Shown one piece after another: positions 1 to 11,099 of a stretch of 64,000 nt of DNA. The DNA comes from Pachysolen tannophilus NRRL Y-2460. Taxonomy: Eukaryota. The position numbers and the translations under genes were made by a program. The notes under the pieces were generated by a model that saw only the letters and a list, made by a program, of their open reading frames with translations, searched no databases and was not told the DNA's origin. Location of the stretch: NCBI GenBank assembly GCA_001661245.1, contig KV454011.1, positions 828,956 to 892,955 of the forward strand, read 5' to 3'. Every line of letters starts with the position of its first letter. The first letter of the stretch is position 1.

Positions 1-290
1 AAAAAAAAGAAAAAAAATTAAAAAGTGAGGAAAGAGCCTGATATTTATATATGAGAAAAGTGGGAGTGTAAATAACGCTAATCAGTAGTAAATATCTATG
101 TGTTTAGTGAAAAATTTTTTTGCAGCGAAAAAAGCAACTTGAAAAAAGAGAATTGAAAGACAAGATATAGAAAGAGGGAAGTATAAATGAGTTCTGTAAG
201 GGAAATAGAGATTTTAGAGGTGAATGGTTATGAAGACAGAAAGTAGTTAAGTATAATATCAGGTAAAAAAAATTTAAAAAAAAATTTTAT

Positions 291-411
291 AGATTGCAGC
301 ACCTGAGTTTCGCGTATGGTCTCCCACTACACTACTCGGTCAGGCTCTTAGCAGCTTAACTACAGTTGATCGGACGGGAAACGGTGCTTTCTGCTAGATA
401 TGGCCGCAACC
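291..411 (-). rRNA. RDN5: 5S rRNA gene, dispersed (outside an rDNA array)
   Basis: Reverse complement reads GGTTGCGGCCATATCTAGCAGAAAGCACCG...GGTGCTGCAATCT (121 nt), near-identical to yeast 5S; followed by a T9 Pol III terminator. Confidence 0.98.
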
Positions 412-1049
412 GAAATACTGAGTTAAATTACAAATACACATAGAATAGCACCGATTACATAAGCTGGTTTGTGTAAACATAGTGCCTATTTTTTTTATTT
501 CTCATGATAATTTACTTTTGCTATCTTCTTTTTATAAAAATAATAAATATTTCTCTTTTTTTGTCTAATAATTTCAAGCAATATCTAGAATAACTGAAGT
601 TTGGAAGCGAGTTTCCCAAGTAGTGGTTGATTTAGTTGGAAGAATTTCTTTCGTGGTTTTGAATATTCAGTTGGACATAGATAATCATAAGAAATAGCCT
701 TTAATTTTTAATCTAACTAACTGGGGAGAAATGTAAACTGAATACTGAGACATCTATTAATGTCTTCGAACTATTAAGGAATCGAAAATAATGTGATACT
801 TATCTTGCTTCGGAACGAACCTATTTGTGGCGGACAATTGTAAGAAGAATGTTGATTTCATTACTACTACGACATCATATGAAAATTAAATTTTCTTACA
901 GATATTACCTTAGTTTTAAAGATGCTGAAATATAATATATTTAAAAAGATAAAAGTAGTATGTATGATTATACCATAAGATAACCCACGTAAGTAACTTT
1001 TACTCGTTGTATAGAATTAAGCTGTCAACTGACTTGCTATTATCGAATA

Positions 1050-1808
1050 TCACCAAGGAATCTCAGTTCCATCATTATTCAAAAACTTTCCGGTATCTTC
1101 AAGTTTGAGATTTTTGATAATTTCCAATAAGAGTCTCACAGATTCTTCCTCTGAAATAGTGAGTGTTTCAATAGTTGATTTTAACTCTGGCTGTAACTCT
1201 AGGAGCTTCTTTGATGCGATAACACCACCAGGAGTGGAAACAACGCCGGGATGAACTGCAACGACAACAACTTCTTCATTGGCCAATTCCAGACTCAATA
1301 CCTTTGAGGTGTAGTTTAAAGCAGCCTTTGATTGTCCATAAGCACAATTAGATACAGGAAAGAAATTCCCCATGGAGCCAGCTACACTTGACACAAAAAT
1401 AATCTTCTTGGTGTTGCCCTTCAAAATATAGTCATAAAGTTGTTGATACACCAAAATGGGACCCAAAGTGTTGGTAATATAATGACTAAGAAAAACTTCC
1501 TTAGGCGTTTTGTCAATAGTATAGAAAGAGTCTGCAATTGCAGCATTTGAAATGAAAACATCAATGTGGTCAACACCAATTTTTTTGATCTGCGTTTTAA
1601 TTGTTTGAACTGACAGTTCATCGCTAACGTCTACCGTAATTGGTTTGACATTAGGGCGCAGATTCGAAATATCCACCAATTTTGGGGATCTTTCTAAGTT
1701 GCGAGCGCTAGCAATCACAAGATTGGAAGGCTCTGCACTTATTTGCCGAACGAGTTGGAAGCCAAGGCCGCTAGAACCACCGCTAATGTAATAAATTGTT
1801 TTGGACAT
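1050..1808 (-). CDS. Short-chain dehydrogenase/reductase (C-factor/carbonyl reductase-like)
   Basis: SGGSSGLG Rossmann motif, SNAAI, YGQSK catalytic motif; first ATG at 1808 matches the paralogue N-terminus. Confidence 0.9.
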   Translation of the reverse strand: MSKTIYYISGGSSGLGFQLVRQISAEPSNLVIASARNLERSPKLVDISNLRPNVKPITVDVSDELSVQTIKTQIKKIGVDHIDVFISNAAIADSFYTIDKTPKEVFLSHYITNTLGPILVYQQLYDYILKGNTKKIIFVSSVAGSMGNFFPVSNCAYGQSKAALNYTSKVLSLELANEEVVVVAVHPGVVSTPGGVIASKKLLELQPELKSTIETLTISEEESVRLLLEIIKNLKLEDTGKFLNNDGTEIPW

Positions 1809-2010
1809 GATTGAGATGAATCGCACTCACACTTTGAGTCTTAATAGCTTATTATTGTGAATTTATATCCAAATGATTAAATGATGTTTGCAATAGTGAT
1901 TAGTCATTATTCCCGCTAATACCGCTAGCTGATTAAGCGGATTGATATCTTCAGCGTTCTTGCTGTTAACGCCACAGACAAAAAAGGATAGTTTGCTATT
2001 ACAAGAGACA

Positions 2011-2017
2011 TTAGTAA
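2011..2017. promoter_or_regulatory. Yap1-type response element (TTAGTAA)
   Basis: Exact YRE about 200 bp upstream of the minus-strand SDR. Confidence 0.45.
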
Positions 2018-2657
2018 TCAGGGCATTGAACTTCTATTGTGCACCACTTTCACTCATGATTGTACAAAATGCTGCAGATGGATTTAGCTTTTGAATTTTT
2101 TTATGAATATCAATTACTCGGTCTTCTCATTGAAAAAGAAAAATATGCGGCTGCAGCTCCTAAAAAAGCCCCTTACCGTCCCCGATTATCTTCGATAAAT
2201 ATGATATTCAGTAGGGAAGATTACTTGCATTTAGAAAAATTTTTTTAGATCAATACGAGCTTTAAACTATTGTCATGTTTGAAAAACCATTCCCGGAGAG
2301 AAATTTAATAATTGTATTTGAATCTAAGAATTGAATTGATTTAATAATTACTGCGTGATTAAAGTACATGCGTGCGGGGATAGGTGGGCGTATCCTTTTG
2401 AAACATGTAACTATTTAAACTTTTCGCTGATGGACGAATTAGCTATTTTTTTTCATGTCCGGTATACATAAATAAATTTATTTTGGTGTTGAAATCAACT
2501 TTCCTACACTTTTTAGCCTCTTCAATTATAATCTTGCTTCTTGTTGTACTGGCAGCTGGTAGAAATCATCAACGGGAGAATTTAAGTATGAGAGGGAGAT
2601 AGGAGATAGCTTCTAATTGACTTAAGTACGCATTAATGCAATATTTATCTATTAAAT

Positions 2658-2710
2658 CAGCGCTTACTAATGCAGCGCTTACTAATTGCAACGTAGAAAA
2701 CTCTATAAAA
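2658..2710 (+). promoter_or_regulatory. Two tandem Yap1-type elements plus TATA box
   Basis: Direct repeat CAGCGCTTACTAAT at 2658-2671 and 2673-2686; TATAAAA at 2704-2710. Confidence 0.6.
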
Positions 2711-2774
2711 CGTTCAACGTAGAACAATTGTGACGTCCTGTTGAGTTTTAATCGTTAGTAGTCAATAATATACT

Positions 2775-3533
2775 ATGAGTGAGAGAACTTATTTTCTAAC
2801 AGGAGGAAACCGTGGTATTGGTTACCAATTTGTGGAACAATTAAGCGATGATGCTTCAAATATTGTGATTACAACAGTTCGCAGTTTGGAAAGGTCAGAA
2901 AAATTGATAGAACTTTCAAAGTCTAGGAAGAATATACGTATTATTACGCTTGATATTTCTGACGAAGCTTCAATTAACGAAATACCAAGTAAACTTAAGG
3001 AAAATAACGTTGACGTAATTGATGTTTTTATTTCCAACGCAGGGATTTCTGACTCATATTGGACAGTTGAAAATGCGCCTCGGAAGGTCTGGCTCGAGCA
3101 TTATATAACTAACTCCTTAGGTCCAATCCTAGTCTACCAAAAGCTTCATGACTTTATCTTGAACAGTAAGGTAAAGAAACTTGTATTCATCAGTTCCGAG
3201 GTTGGTTCAATTGGTAAGTTTTTGCCAGTTTCTGTATCTGCGTATGGTCAGTCAAAAGCAGCACTAGACTATACTGTCAAAGAGATAAGTTTTGAATTGG
3301 CTCGAGAAAATCTGATTGTTTTTGCCTTTTCTCCAGGCATGGTGAGCACTGATATGGGAAATTATGGGTTGAAAAAAATAACAGAAGCCACCCCTGAACT
3401 GGCTGCTCAGCTCAAGGAATCAATGATTACGGATCATGAATCTGTTAAGTCTATGTTGTCATTTATTGAAAATGCCACTCAGGAGAGTTCGGGTAAATTT
3501 TTCAGATACGATGGTTCTGAAATTCAATGGTGA
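2775..3533 (+). CDS. Short-chain dehydrogenase/reductase, paralogue of 1050-1808
   Basis: TGGNRGIG, SNAGI, YGQSK motifs; C-terminal DGSEIQW vs DGTEIPW in the paralogue. Confidence 0.92.
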   Translation: MSERTYFLTGGNRGIGYQFVEQLSDDASNIVITTVRSLERSEKLIELSKSRKNIRIITLDISDEASINEIPSKLKENNVDVIDVFISNAGISDSYWTVENAPRKVWLEHYITNSLGPILVYQKLHDFILNSKVKKLVFISSEVGSIGKFLPVSVSAYGQSKAALDYTVKEISFELARENLIVFAFSPGMVSTDMGNYGLKKITEATPELAAQLKESMITDHESVKSMLSFIENATQESSGKFFRYDGSEIQW

Positions 3534-4462
3534 TTTAAATACTTAGTTATATATATATATATATGTACCCGGTCCTAAATTTAGTTGTGTCTAAAATGGT
3601 ATAAGAAGGGTGAATCACACTGAACTGCCATTAATAATTAGCTTTTATACCACAAGATCGAAATATAAGAACAGATGAAGTAGAATTACATCTCAATTGT
3701 ACTTATTGAAGTGAACAAACTGATAGTCTCTTATGGTCCTATATGTACTGCTCTTGATTAGAATTGGTAACCAAATATTATTTTTAAAGAAGTACTGAGC
3801 TCATCCAAGACATATTTTACAAAATATATTGCTGGAATAAAATCATAATTATAAACTATAATTTATCTATCAAACGGTTTTGCTGTTACCTTATTCGATT
3901 TGCATGTCAGTTCAAATAACTAACGCGTGACCTCGTGTACTAGGTATTCAATGACGGAGGCATGTAAAATTTATGTCTAAGATATCTAATAAAACATAAT
4001 CAGGAGAAGCATGGAGGAAGATCTTAGTCATTCACAATAAAGAGTAGACTGTTTGATTACAAATTTACAACATCAATCACAGAAGTGGCCCATATAAACA
4101 TGTATACGCAATAACCTCTTTCTTAATTTTATTTTTTTTTTTTTTTTTTTTTTTTTTCAATGAAATCAGATTTCTTTGGTAAAAAGAAGATAAAAGAAAC
4201 TATAATAAAAACAGCACTTTTGCCAAATAAAACGGAAACCTTGTCTAAATAGCCTGCCTTCCTTTATGGTAAATATCTGTTAGTCAATTAGTTAAGATAG
4301 TAGTGTAATAAGTCCTTATGATGAATAATGTCACGTATTTGTAATTTAGTTTGACAGATCAATTATATCCAATTTTTCATTAAAAAATTCAACCGTTTTA
4401 TTAGTATTTCAATAGATATTATTGAAATTAGTATATCATATTAGAAAGAAAATAAAGAGGAA

Positions 4463-4903
4463 ATGACACTATTGGAAAATGATCAAGTAAGTATTCTATA
4501 CGATTTTATGCTATTGATTTTTTTGAAGCGAGTACTAACTTTTCAATAGTTCTTGAGATCAGTTTCTGATCTATTAGTTAAGACAAATGGAGACTCTTCA
4601 GTTTATTTGACTCAAAAAAGATTGTCTCCAGAAACTAAGCAAGAAGTCGAAACACCACTTTTAATGATAAATGTACAGCAACCAACTTCGGAATCAACAT
4701 ATCCTATAATAATTCGAATTACGAATGGTTCAAAAGATAAGGCAACGAAGGTAAAGTATAGCACTGTGGTTGAAGCGAATAAATTAGATGAATTTTGGGA
4801 AAATTATACAAATGCTTTGAAAAATGGTATGATTGGCTTGAAGAAAAAAGACAAGAAGAAGAAGAACAAGAATAAGAATAAGAAAAAAATATTGAAAAAC
4901 TAA
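4463..4903 (+). CDS. SRP14: Signal recognition particle subunit Srp14; exons 4463-4486 and 4550-4903
   Basis: Intron GTAAGT(4487)..TACTAAC(4533)..TAG(4549) gives MTLLENDQFLRSV; SVYLTQKRL and KYSTVV motifs; Lys-rich tail. Confidence 0.92.
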
Positions 4904-5089
4904 GTTGCTATTTATATATGTTTAATGATAAGTCGTACGATTTAGAAGATACAATGTGATAATTCCATTTAATATTTACAAACGTATAACAGTCAGAGAT
5001 TGTAGAGCTATTAAAAATTAAAACGTAAGGTTCAACTAAAGAAATATGAACAATCTTATTTTACTATACAATGTCATCAACAACTTTAT

Positions 5090-6802
5090 TTATTCATCGT
5101 CTTCAGGTTCTATCATGATTAAATTACCATTAGGATACACCAATTTATTGTTGCAAATTTCTTCATCGTAGCTCAATTTTAATTCCTCCTTTGGTAGCAT
5201 GGACATTAACCTGAATTTATAAATATGATTATAGTCTTTTGGTTTAATAAAACTATCTTCCGAATTAATGGAATTCGGTATATCATTAGTTATACATTCA
5301 ACAAATGCAAAGATTTCTTCAATTTTACAATCCTTATAAAATAATCTCGAAATTCTCTTTTCATTGTTTAGTCTAATTGCAACTCTTGCAAACGATTTTT
5401 TATCATCTTTTTTCATGTCAGGTTCGGGTCTCAAATTTTGGTATCTCCAATATAACCATTTTAATTTTTGCTCTTGATTTCTTGCAGCTTTTTCCTCAGC
5501 TTCTCTACTTCTTCTTTCTTCTTCTTCGTGCTGTTGAATTAATCTTAACCTTTCTTGTTCCCTTCTTCTATCATTTTCAAGTGAACGTTGGTAAGCTAAA
5601 TCTTGTTCCAACCTCAAATTTCTTTCTCTTTCACGTTGTTCATGTTCAGTTCTCAATGAAACTAGTGTTGGATTTTGTCTTTCGTAAGTTCTGTTAAATT
5701 TATTTATAACTTTGTTGATGTTCAATGTCATGTTTTGAGGATTAAAATACTTATACGGGACACCTTGAATCTTGGAAACTAATGACAAAGTTGGTGAAGA
5801 AGTATTTGAACCTGTGGAAGTTGGAATTTGATCAACTGTCAAAGTCAAGAGACCTAAAAATGGGAACTTGTTAACCGAAAAAGTATCAGCAATCTGGAAA
5901 CTCTCACTTTCTTTCAAATTGCCACCCCATATATAAATTTGTTTTTCTTGTAAAAATTTTAAAAACTGTTTATTTAATAATATCTCATTAATAAATGTTG
6001 CTTTATCTTCATGATGGTCACTTTGTAAATAAATCATAAGCCAACTGCATTCTTTTTTAACCTTATATAAGGCATTAGTGTAAGAACATTCTAAAAAATT
6101 AGGTCTTTGAATCTCCATCAATGAAGAATCATTGACAGCAATATATTCTGTTGGTGGTGGAAGCTGTTGCTGAATATCAACTAATGGCTTGTTATTAATA
6201 AATTCATCAAATTCATAAATAAATCTTCTAGATCTCTCTGTAGGATTTGTTAAATTCTTTCTAGCATAATAGGTTCGACTACTGCTGTTATTATCCAATC
6301 CTACCAACTTTGATACAACTGGGAATAATTTATTTACAACGAAATATATTAGCAGCTTAAAAATGGCAAATAAAAATACCAAGGGCAATATAAGAATGAA
6401 CATAACATAATAAGCCGAATTATTGATTAACTTGTATAATTTTGAAGGATGCACTGTCTGTTCTGAAATAAAAGCTCCTGGCATATTACTTGTACCGCCA
6501 TTCTCACTATCAGATAATGCCTGATAACCCGCAAAATTCCATATTCTATTAAAAATATTAGGGGTATTGGGACGATTACTGTTCCCGTTCATGCTTGAAT
6601 TGTTGATTCTTTCTGTATAATGATTAAGGAAAGTTTGTCGAGATGGATAAACTTGGTAATAATCGATCAATGATAACTCCAAATCCCAATTATTTCTTCC
6701 GAGAAAAACTATAATGTCGGAATCTGAAATATTTGTATTGCTAATTGATCTAAATTGGGCTAAAGTATTTTGTTGTTCTTCTGATAATGATGAATGATTC
6801 AT
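5090..6802 (-). CDS. UBX3: UBA-like/TM/UAS/coiled-coil/UBX Cdc48 adaptor
   Basis: N-terminal NNWDLE UBA-like segment, hydrophobic hairpin, UAS (WGG, FPFLG), C-terminal UBX; convergent with SRP14 as in S. cerevisiae YDL091C/YDL092W. Confidence 0.75.
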   Translation of the reverse strand: MNHSSLSEEQQNTLAQFRSISNTNISDSDIIVFLGRNNWDLELSLIDYYQVYPSRQTFLNHYTERINNSSMNGNSNRPNTPNIFNRIWNFAGYQALSDSENGGTSNMPGAFISEQTVHPSKLYKLINNSAYYVMFILILPLVFLFAIFKLLIYFVVNKLFPVVSKLVGLDNNSSSRTYYARKNLTNPTERSRRFIYEFDEFINNKPLVDIQQQLPPPTEYIAVNDSSLMEIQRPNFLECSYTNALYKVKKECSWLMIYLQSDHHEDKATFINEILLNKQFLKFLQEKQIYIWGGNLKESESFQIADTFSVNKFPFLGLLTLTVDQIPTSTGSNTSSPTLSLVSKIQGVPYKYFNPQNMTLNINKVINKFNRTYERQNPTLVSLRTEHEQRERERNLRLEQDLAYQRSLENDRRREQERLRLIQQHEEEERRSREAEEKAARNQEQKLKWLYWRYQNLRPEPDMKKDDKKSFARVAIRLNNEKRISRLFYKDCKIEEIFAFVECITNDIPNSINSEDSFIKPKDYNHIYKFRLMSMLPKEELKLSYDEEICNNKLVYPNGNLIMIEPEDDE

Positions 6803-7472
6803 TTATTCGTCTTTTATTGTACATTAAATGTTGAAAAAACAGCTTCAATAACAAAGGACAAAATAAATTAATACTTAATCAATAAGATCTTTTCATCCAC
6901 TTGAAACATTAAACCCAAATCAAGATTATAAAACAAAACAGTTTATTAAATAATATTAATTAACAAGACATTTCTTTCTACACACATTTCGTAAACCAGT
7001 TGAAAACACTAGGGCGGTAAAAAAAACAAAAATAAATTAAAAATAGCCCTAGTTTTATGAACTTGCAGAATTCAATAGAATTGGAATTAGAATTGGAATT
7101 GGAATGATTAACCAATGATCTTCAGCCTTATCGAGGGTAATTATTTTAAAATTCCGAACCACAAATAAAGCATGTTCTTTCAAATGGATATCACCTCCAA
7201 CAATTGGCACGTCTAAATTCTTGATGTTTAAAAAGTTAACAAGTTAAAAGAGATTTACGGAATTCTACGATATCTGAAAACGGAAATTTAAGAGATAAAA
7301 TAAATATATTTTTACAGACACTCTATCTTAAATTGGTTTATAAAAATCTAAGAACTAAAAAAAAAAGGCAAAAAAAAAAATACGATATAATTAATATAAA
7401 TACATATAATAAACAATCATTAAATAGACCAGCTTCTTTGGGGATTGTTTTCTGACATTTTTTTTTTTTTCA

Positions 7473-9728
7473 TTATTTACGATGTCCTGAAATTTTAGTA
7501 CAAACCCAAGTTGACGCATACATATTAATCCTGTCAATTGCCTTTCCTGGTGTTCTTACACCAACTGCTTCACATTTAAATCCATTTTGTTCAAATTTTT
7601 TAATATACCATGGGAATACAGAAGCTGATCTCAACAAAACTCTTCCATTATCAGTTAAAGAATTATGTAAAGATTTAATTTCGTTTATAGCGTCCACACC
7701 TTTAGGATCAAACCAGTCCATGTGATCCATTATAATTGCTACTGTAAGTCTTTTTTTGCTCAATCTTGCAAACACATCATTTAAGGTATCTGTATGTAAT
7801 CTAATTCTGTCTAAAGGTGAGTTTTCAGATTTTGACAATAATTTATAACCTTTCTTGCTAACATAATCTGGACAATTATCTTTCCTGTAATGACCCATCA
7901 AAGTCAAATAATAGAAATAATTATCAGTTGAAATTAATGATCTGTCAATGACTGGATCTAAAGTTCCAATAATGTAACTTAAAATAGAGCCACCAATCAT
8001 ACTTGCTTGGTTAACTGGAACACCTAAAGCTTTCCACAAAAAAATTGGATTTCCAACCAATAATCTTCCAATAAATCTATTGAATAAAATAGGTTTAATT
8101 TTTTGATCCCAGATTGATCTTTGCTCCTTTAACGTTTTAGCTTGACAAAGTTCTTCAACATCATCCGAAGAACCGGTTAACTTAAAGAGATATTTTACTA
8201 ATCTCAAAGCCCATCTTGTTGAACCAGTATCATATAAACCATTTCCATAAATATTAAAAGTTTTTTGTCCCTTAGCTAACCAAAACTGGAAAGCATTTGA
8301 AGATAAATGTGGAGATAATTTTGTAATTAATAATTCCTCAAAATTTTCAATTTTTCCCATACCAAACATCTTCCAAACTTCTTCTTGTGTTAATGATCTT
8401 AAAGCAGCCAATTTCAATTCAGTCAAATGGTTTTGACATGGATTTAAATCAACACCATGAATTCTTCTTGGAGGATCTGGTAAACAAGCATAAGATAACA
8501 AGTTATCACCAGCAGAGGTAATAGCTAAAACGGTATCTTCTGAACTAAGATTTAAAATTCTAGCATCTTCTCTAGGATCTTCCCAAGTAAAAGCATAAAT
8601 ATATTGATTTTTAAATTGTTCATATTGAGGATTGATTTCATCAAAGAAAATTCTCCAAACTTCTTGTTGATAAAAAATTGATGGATAAGGCAATCCTTTT
8701 TCAAAATTTTTTAAAGCGGCTTCAAATGCTTTACTTTTTGGAACAATATCGTTTTTATTTTGATCGACTGGAGCAAGGTATGGAGATTCTGTTGCCAATG
8801 CATTAATACGATGCATCAAATTTTCAGATTCTTCAGTTTGACTAACACCAATCCAAATGTAATATGGAATAAAACCTAAAGTAACATTGTATAAATTTAA
8901 AGATTTAACTGTACCAAACTTGTATTCTAAATAATCTCTTCTTGAAGGATCCAAGAAAACTCTATCGCATTCAAACCAGATTTTCCAAAAATTTCTCAAA
9001 ATCCATGGAATATGACGATTAACCAAACCGCCAAGGGTATTAATTCTACCAATTGAAGTGTCAGAAGACTGAACACCAAAATCGACACAGCTAATAATTG
9101 CATCTTTATCTAAGAAAGAAGCAGCATGATCAATTGCAGAATAATAAGTTGGAATCATTGATAAAGAATATGAAAAAGTGATCAAATCTGCACAGGCATG
9201 ATTGATTTTAAAATCAGAAGCATCAGAGCAAATAATGTGAACGTTTTTCCAATTGTTTGTTTGGCATCTTTTTTTTGCAACTTCACATAAAGAAGGGGAT
9301 AAATCAATTAAATAAACAGCGGTAAAATTTTCAGAAATTGGGAAAAAACTATCCATTTTTTCAATGTTTGAACCTGTTCCACCCCCAATATCAATCCAAA
9401 CAAGATCCTTCTTTTTTTTCAAATGAGCAATTGCTAACTTAAGCGCCCTTTCCCTTCCATTAAGTAAAATTTCCCTTGTTGAATCATAAACATTGGCTTG
9501 TGTCTTATAGAACATTTCCAAGTTATTTTGTTGGTCTCCACAACCATCTTTACTTAAAAAAGGTTTCAAAAAACAGGCCCAGCAAAATTTGGAAATAGAA
9601 CGTGCCTTGTCATTAAATAAACAAGAAACAAATACAAAACTTATTAAAATTGATCCCGAAATTGTAAGGAAATATGGAAGTGATATATCACTAAACATAT
9701 TCAGCATTCTGGCATCAATTGAAGCCAT
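7473..9728 (-). CDS. BTA1: Betaine lipid (DGTS) synthase, fused BtaB/BtaA
   Basis: WIDIGGGTG methyltransferase domain plus YAFTWEDP, ITSAGDN, DLNPCQ, MDHMDWF, DRINMYAS motifs. Confidence 0.93.
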   Translation of the reverse strand: MASIDARMLNMFSDISLPYFLTISGSILISFVFVSCLFNDKARSISKFCWACFLKPFLSKDGCGDQQNNLEMFYKTQANVYDSTREILLNGRERALKLAIAHLKKKKDLVWIDIGGGTGSNIEKMDSFFPISENFTAVYLIDLSPSLCEVAKKRCQTNNWKNVHIICSDASDFKINHACADLITFSYSLSMIPTYYSAIDHAASFLDKDAIISCVDFGVQSSDTSIGRINTLGGLVNRHIPWILRNFWKIWFECDRVFLDPSRRDYLEYKFGTVKSLNLYNVTLGFIPYYIWIGVSQTEESENLMHRINALATESPYLAPVDQNKNDIVPKSKAFEAALKNFEKGLPYPSIFYQQEVWRIFFDEINPQYEQFKNQYIYAFTWEDPREDARILNLSSEDTVLAITSAGDNLLSYACLPDPPRRIHGVDLNPCQNHLTELKLAALRSLTQEEVWKMFGMGKIENFEELLITKLSPHLSSNAFQFWLAKGQKTFNIYGNGLYDTGSTRWALRLVKYLFKLTGSSDDVEELCQAKTLKEQRSIWDQKIKPILFNRFIGRLLVGNPIFLWKALGVPVNQASMIGGSILSYIIGTLDPVIDRSLISTDNYFYYLTLMGHYRKDNCPDYVSKKGYKLLSKSENSPLDRIRLHTDTLNDVFARLSKKRLTVAIIMDHMDWFDPKGVDAINEIKSLHNSLTDNGRVLLRSASVFPWYIKKFEQNGFKCEAVGVRTPGKAIDRINMYASTWVCTKISGHRK

Positions 9729-9915
9729 TTTTGAAATTAGTTAAATCAGTTCAAAGAATGAAAAAAGAAAAAAGAAAAAGAAAAACAAAGAAAGAGATGG
9801 TATAAGTAATTGTTCTTGTGCAATTACATAACAAAGGGAAGCAAAATCTCATTCTTATATAAATGGTACTCCCATAAAGTTTGTTTTTGAAGCTGTTGTG
9901 AAACAGTCCTACTCA

Positions 9916-10137
9916 CACGTGTGTATTCCAACACCTATAATACAGCCTTTACCTTTTTCTAAAAGAAAAAGCTCTTTTTGGTATCAAATACCACTGCGCG
10001 TATCATTATCTTTCAATTATACCTGGTGAGACTATGGTTGGGTTCTTGTTTTTTAATGATTATCTTCCACGTTTTAGTAGTATACACCTTAAAATACTAT
10101 CAAAAGAGGAAATCTAAAATTTTGGAAAATGCACGTG
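9916..10137. promoter_or_regulatory. Cluster of Pho4-type E-boxes upstream of BTA1
   Basis: CACGTG 9916-9921, CACGTT 10068-10073, CACGTG 10132-10137. Confidence 0.6.
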
Positions 10138-11099
10138 CATGATCTCACATAATAATACGTTACTGATTATAGTTGATAAATATAAATCACTACTAAACGG
10201 TTCGACTCCAGCCGTTGTCGCTTCTTTTTTTTTTATTTTTTTTTTTTTATTTTTCAACGGTAGGCTGTATTACCCGAATAAGATGACCTCATCCCACTTG
10301 TTATTTTCTATTATGGAGAAATGTTTTAAAATTACAATTGTATTTATATATCTTGAATAAGCTCATTTTGGCCATTCATGTTCAAGAATTGGAAACCCCA
10401 AACTGTCAAAAAAGAACCGCTTTTTTTATTTTTCTTTTTTTTTTTTTTCGTTTTGCAAAATGCAAAATGTGCTTTTTCATTTATAAACACGGGCCATGCC
10501 ATAAAACCCAGAAAATAGAAATTAGACATTAGCAATTATTAGTTCCAGACAAAGAATGTTAATTAAAAGTTAACACAACATTTCTTAAAAGTAATGCAAA
10601 TTCTAATTTGCATGTGAAAATCCCGCATTTCGAAATCAAAATTTTTTTAATCAGAGCTTTACTCATTATTTTTGCATATGATAAAATATAATTTCCTGTG
10701 TGTAATTTTTAAAGTTTCTTATATGTTTAATACACAAAACATCTTTAGGCTTTCTTATATCTCTAAGTTATTCATCGCCAACAATTTTTTTTTCCACATG
10801 ACTAAGGTCAATTAAACGTCTCTGATGAGCTTTTTTTTTTCGCAGCAATTGCCGGAACTTTCAACTTGTAATTTTCTTTTCTTCTTTGGCAGCGATCTTG
10901 TGATTAACAGTCACACGCCTTAACCAACTTGGCCACGAAGTCCACTTTAGTGAATAAAAATGAATTAATCTCGATATACCGTTATGCGTAAACGCACGTA
11001 AAAAAAATTTCAATGAGTTTTAATTAATTTTAACATTGTTAGGAAAAAATCAACATCATATATATCAATTCTTAATTTCATAAAAAAGTGAGTAGTTCC

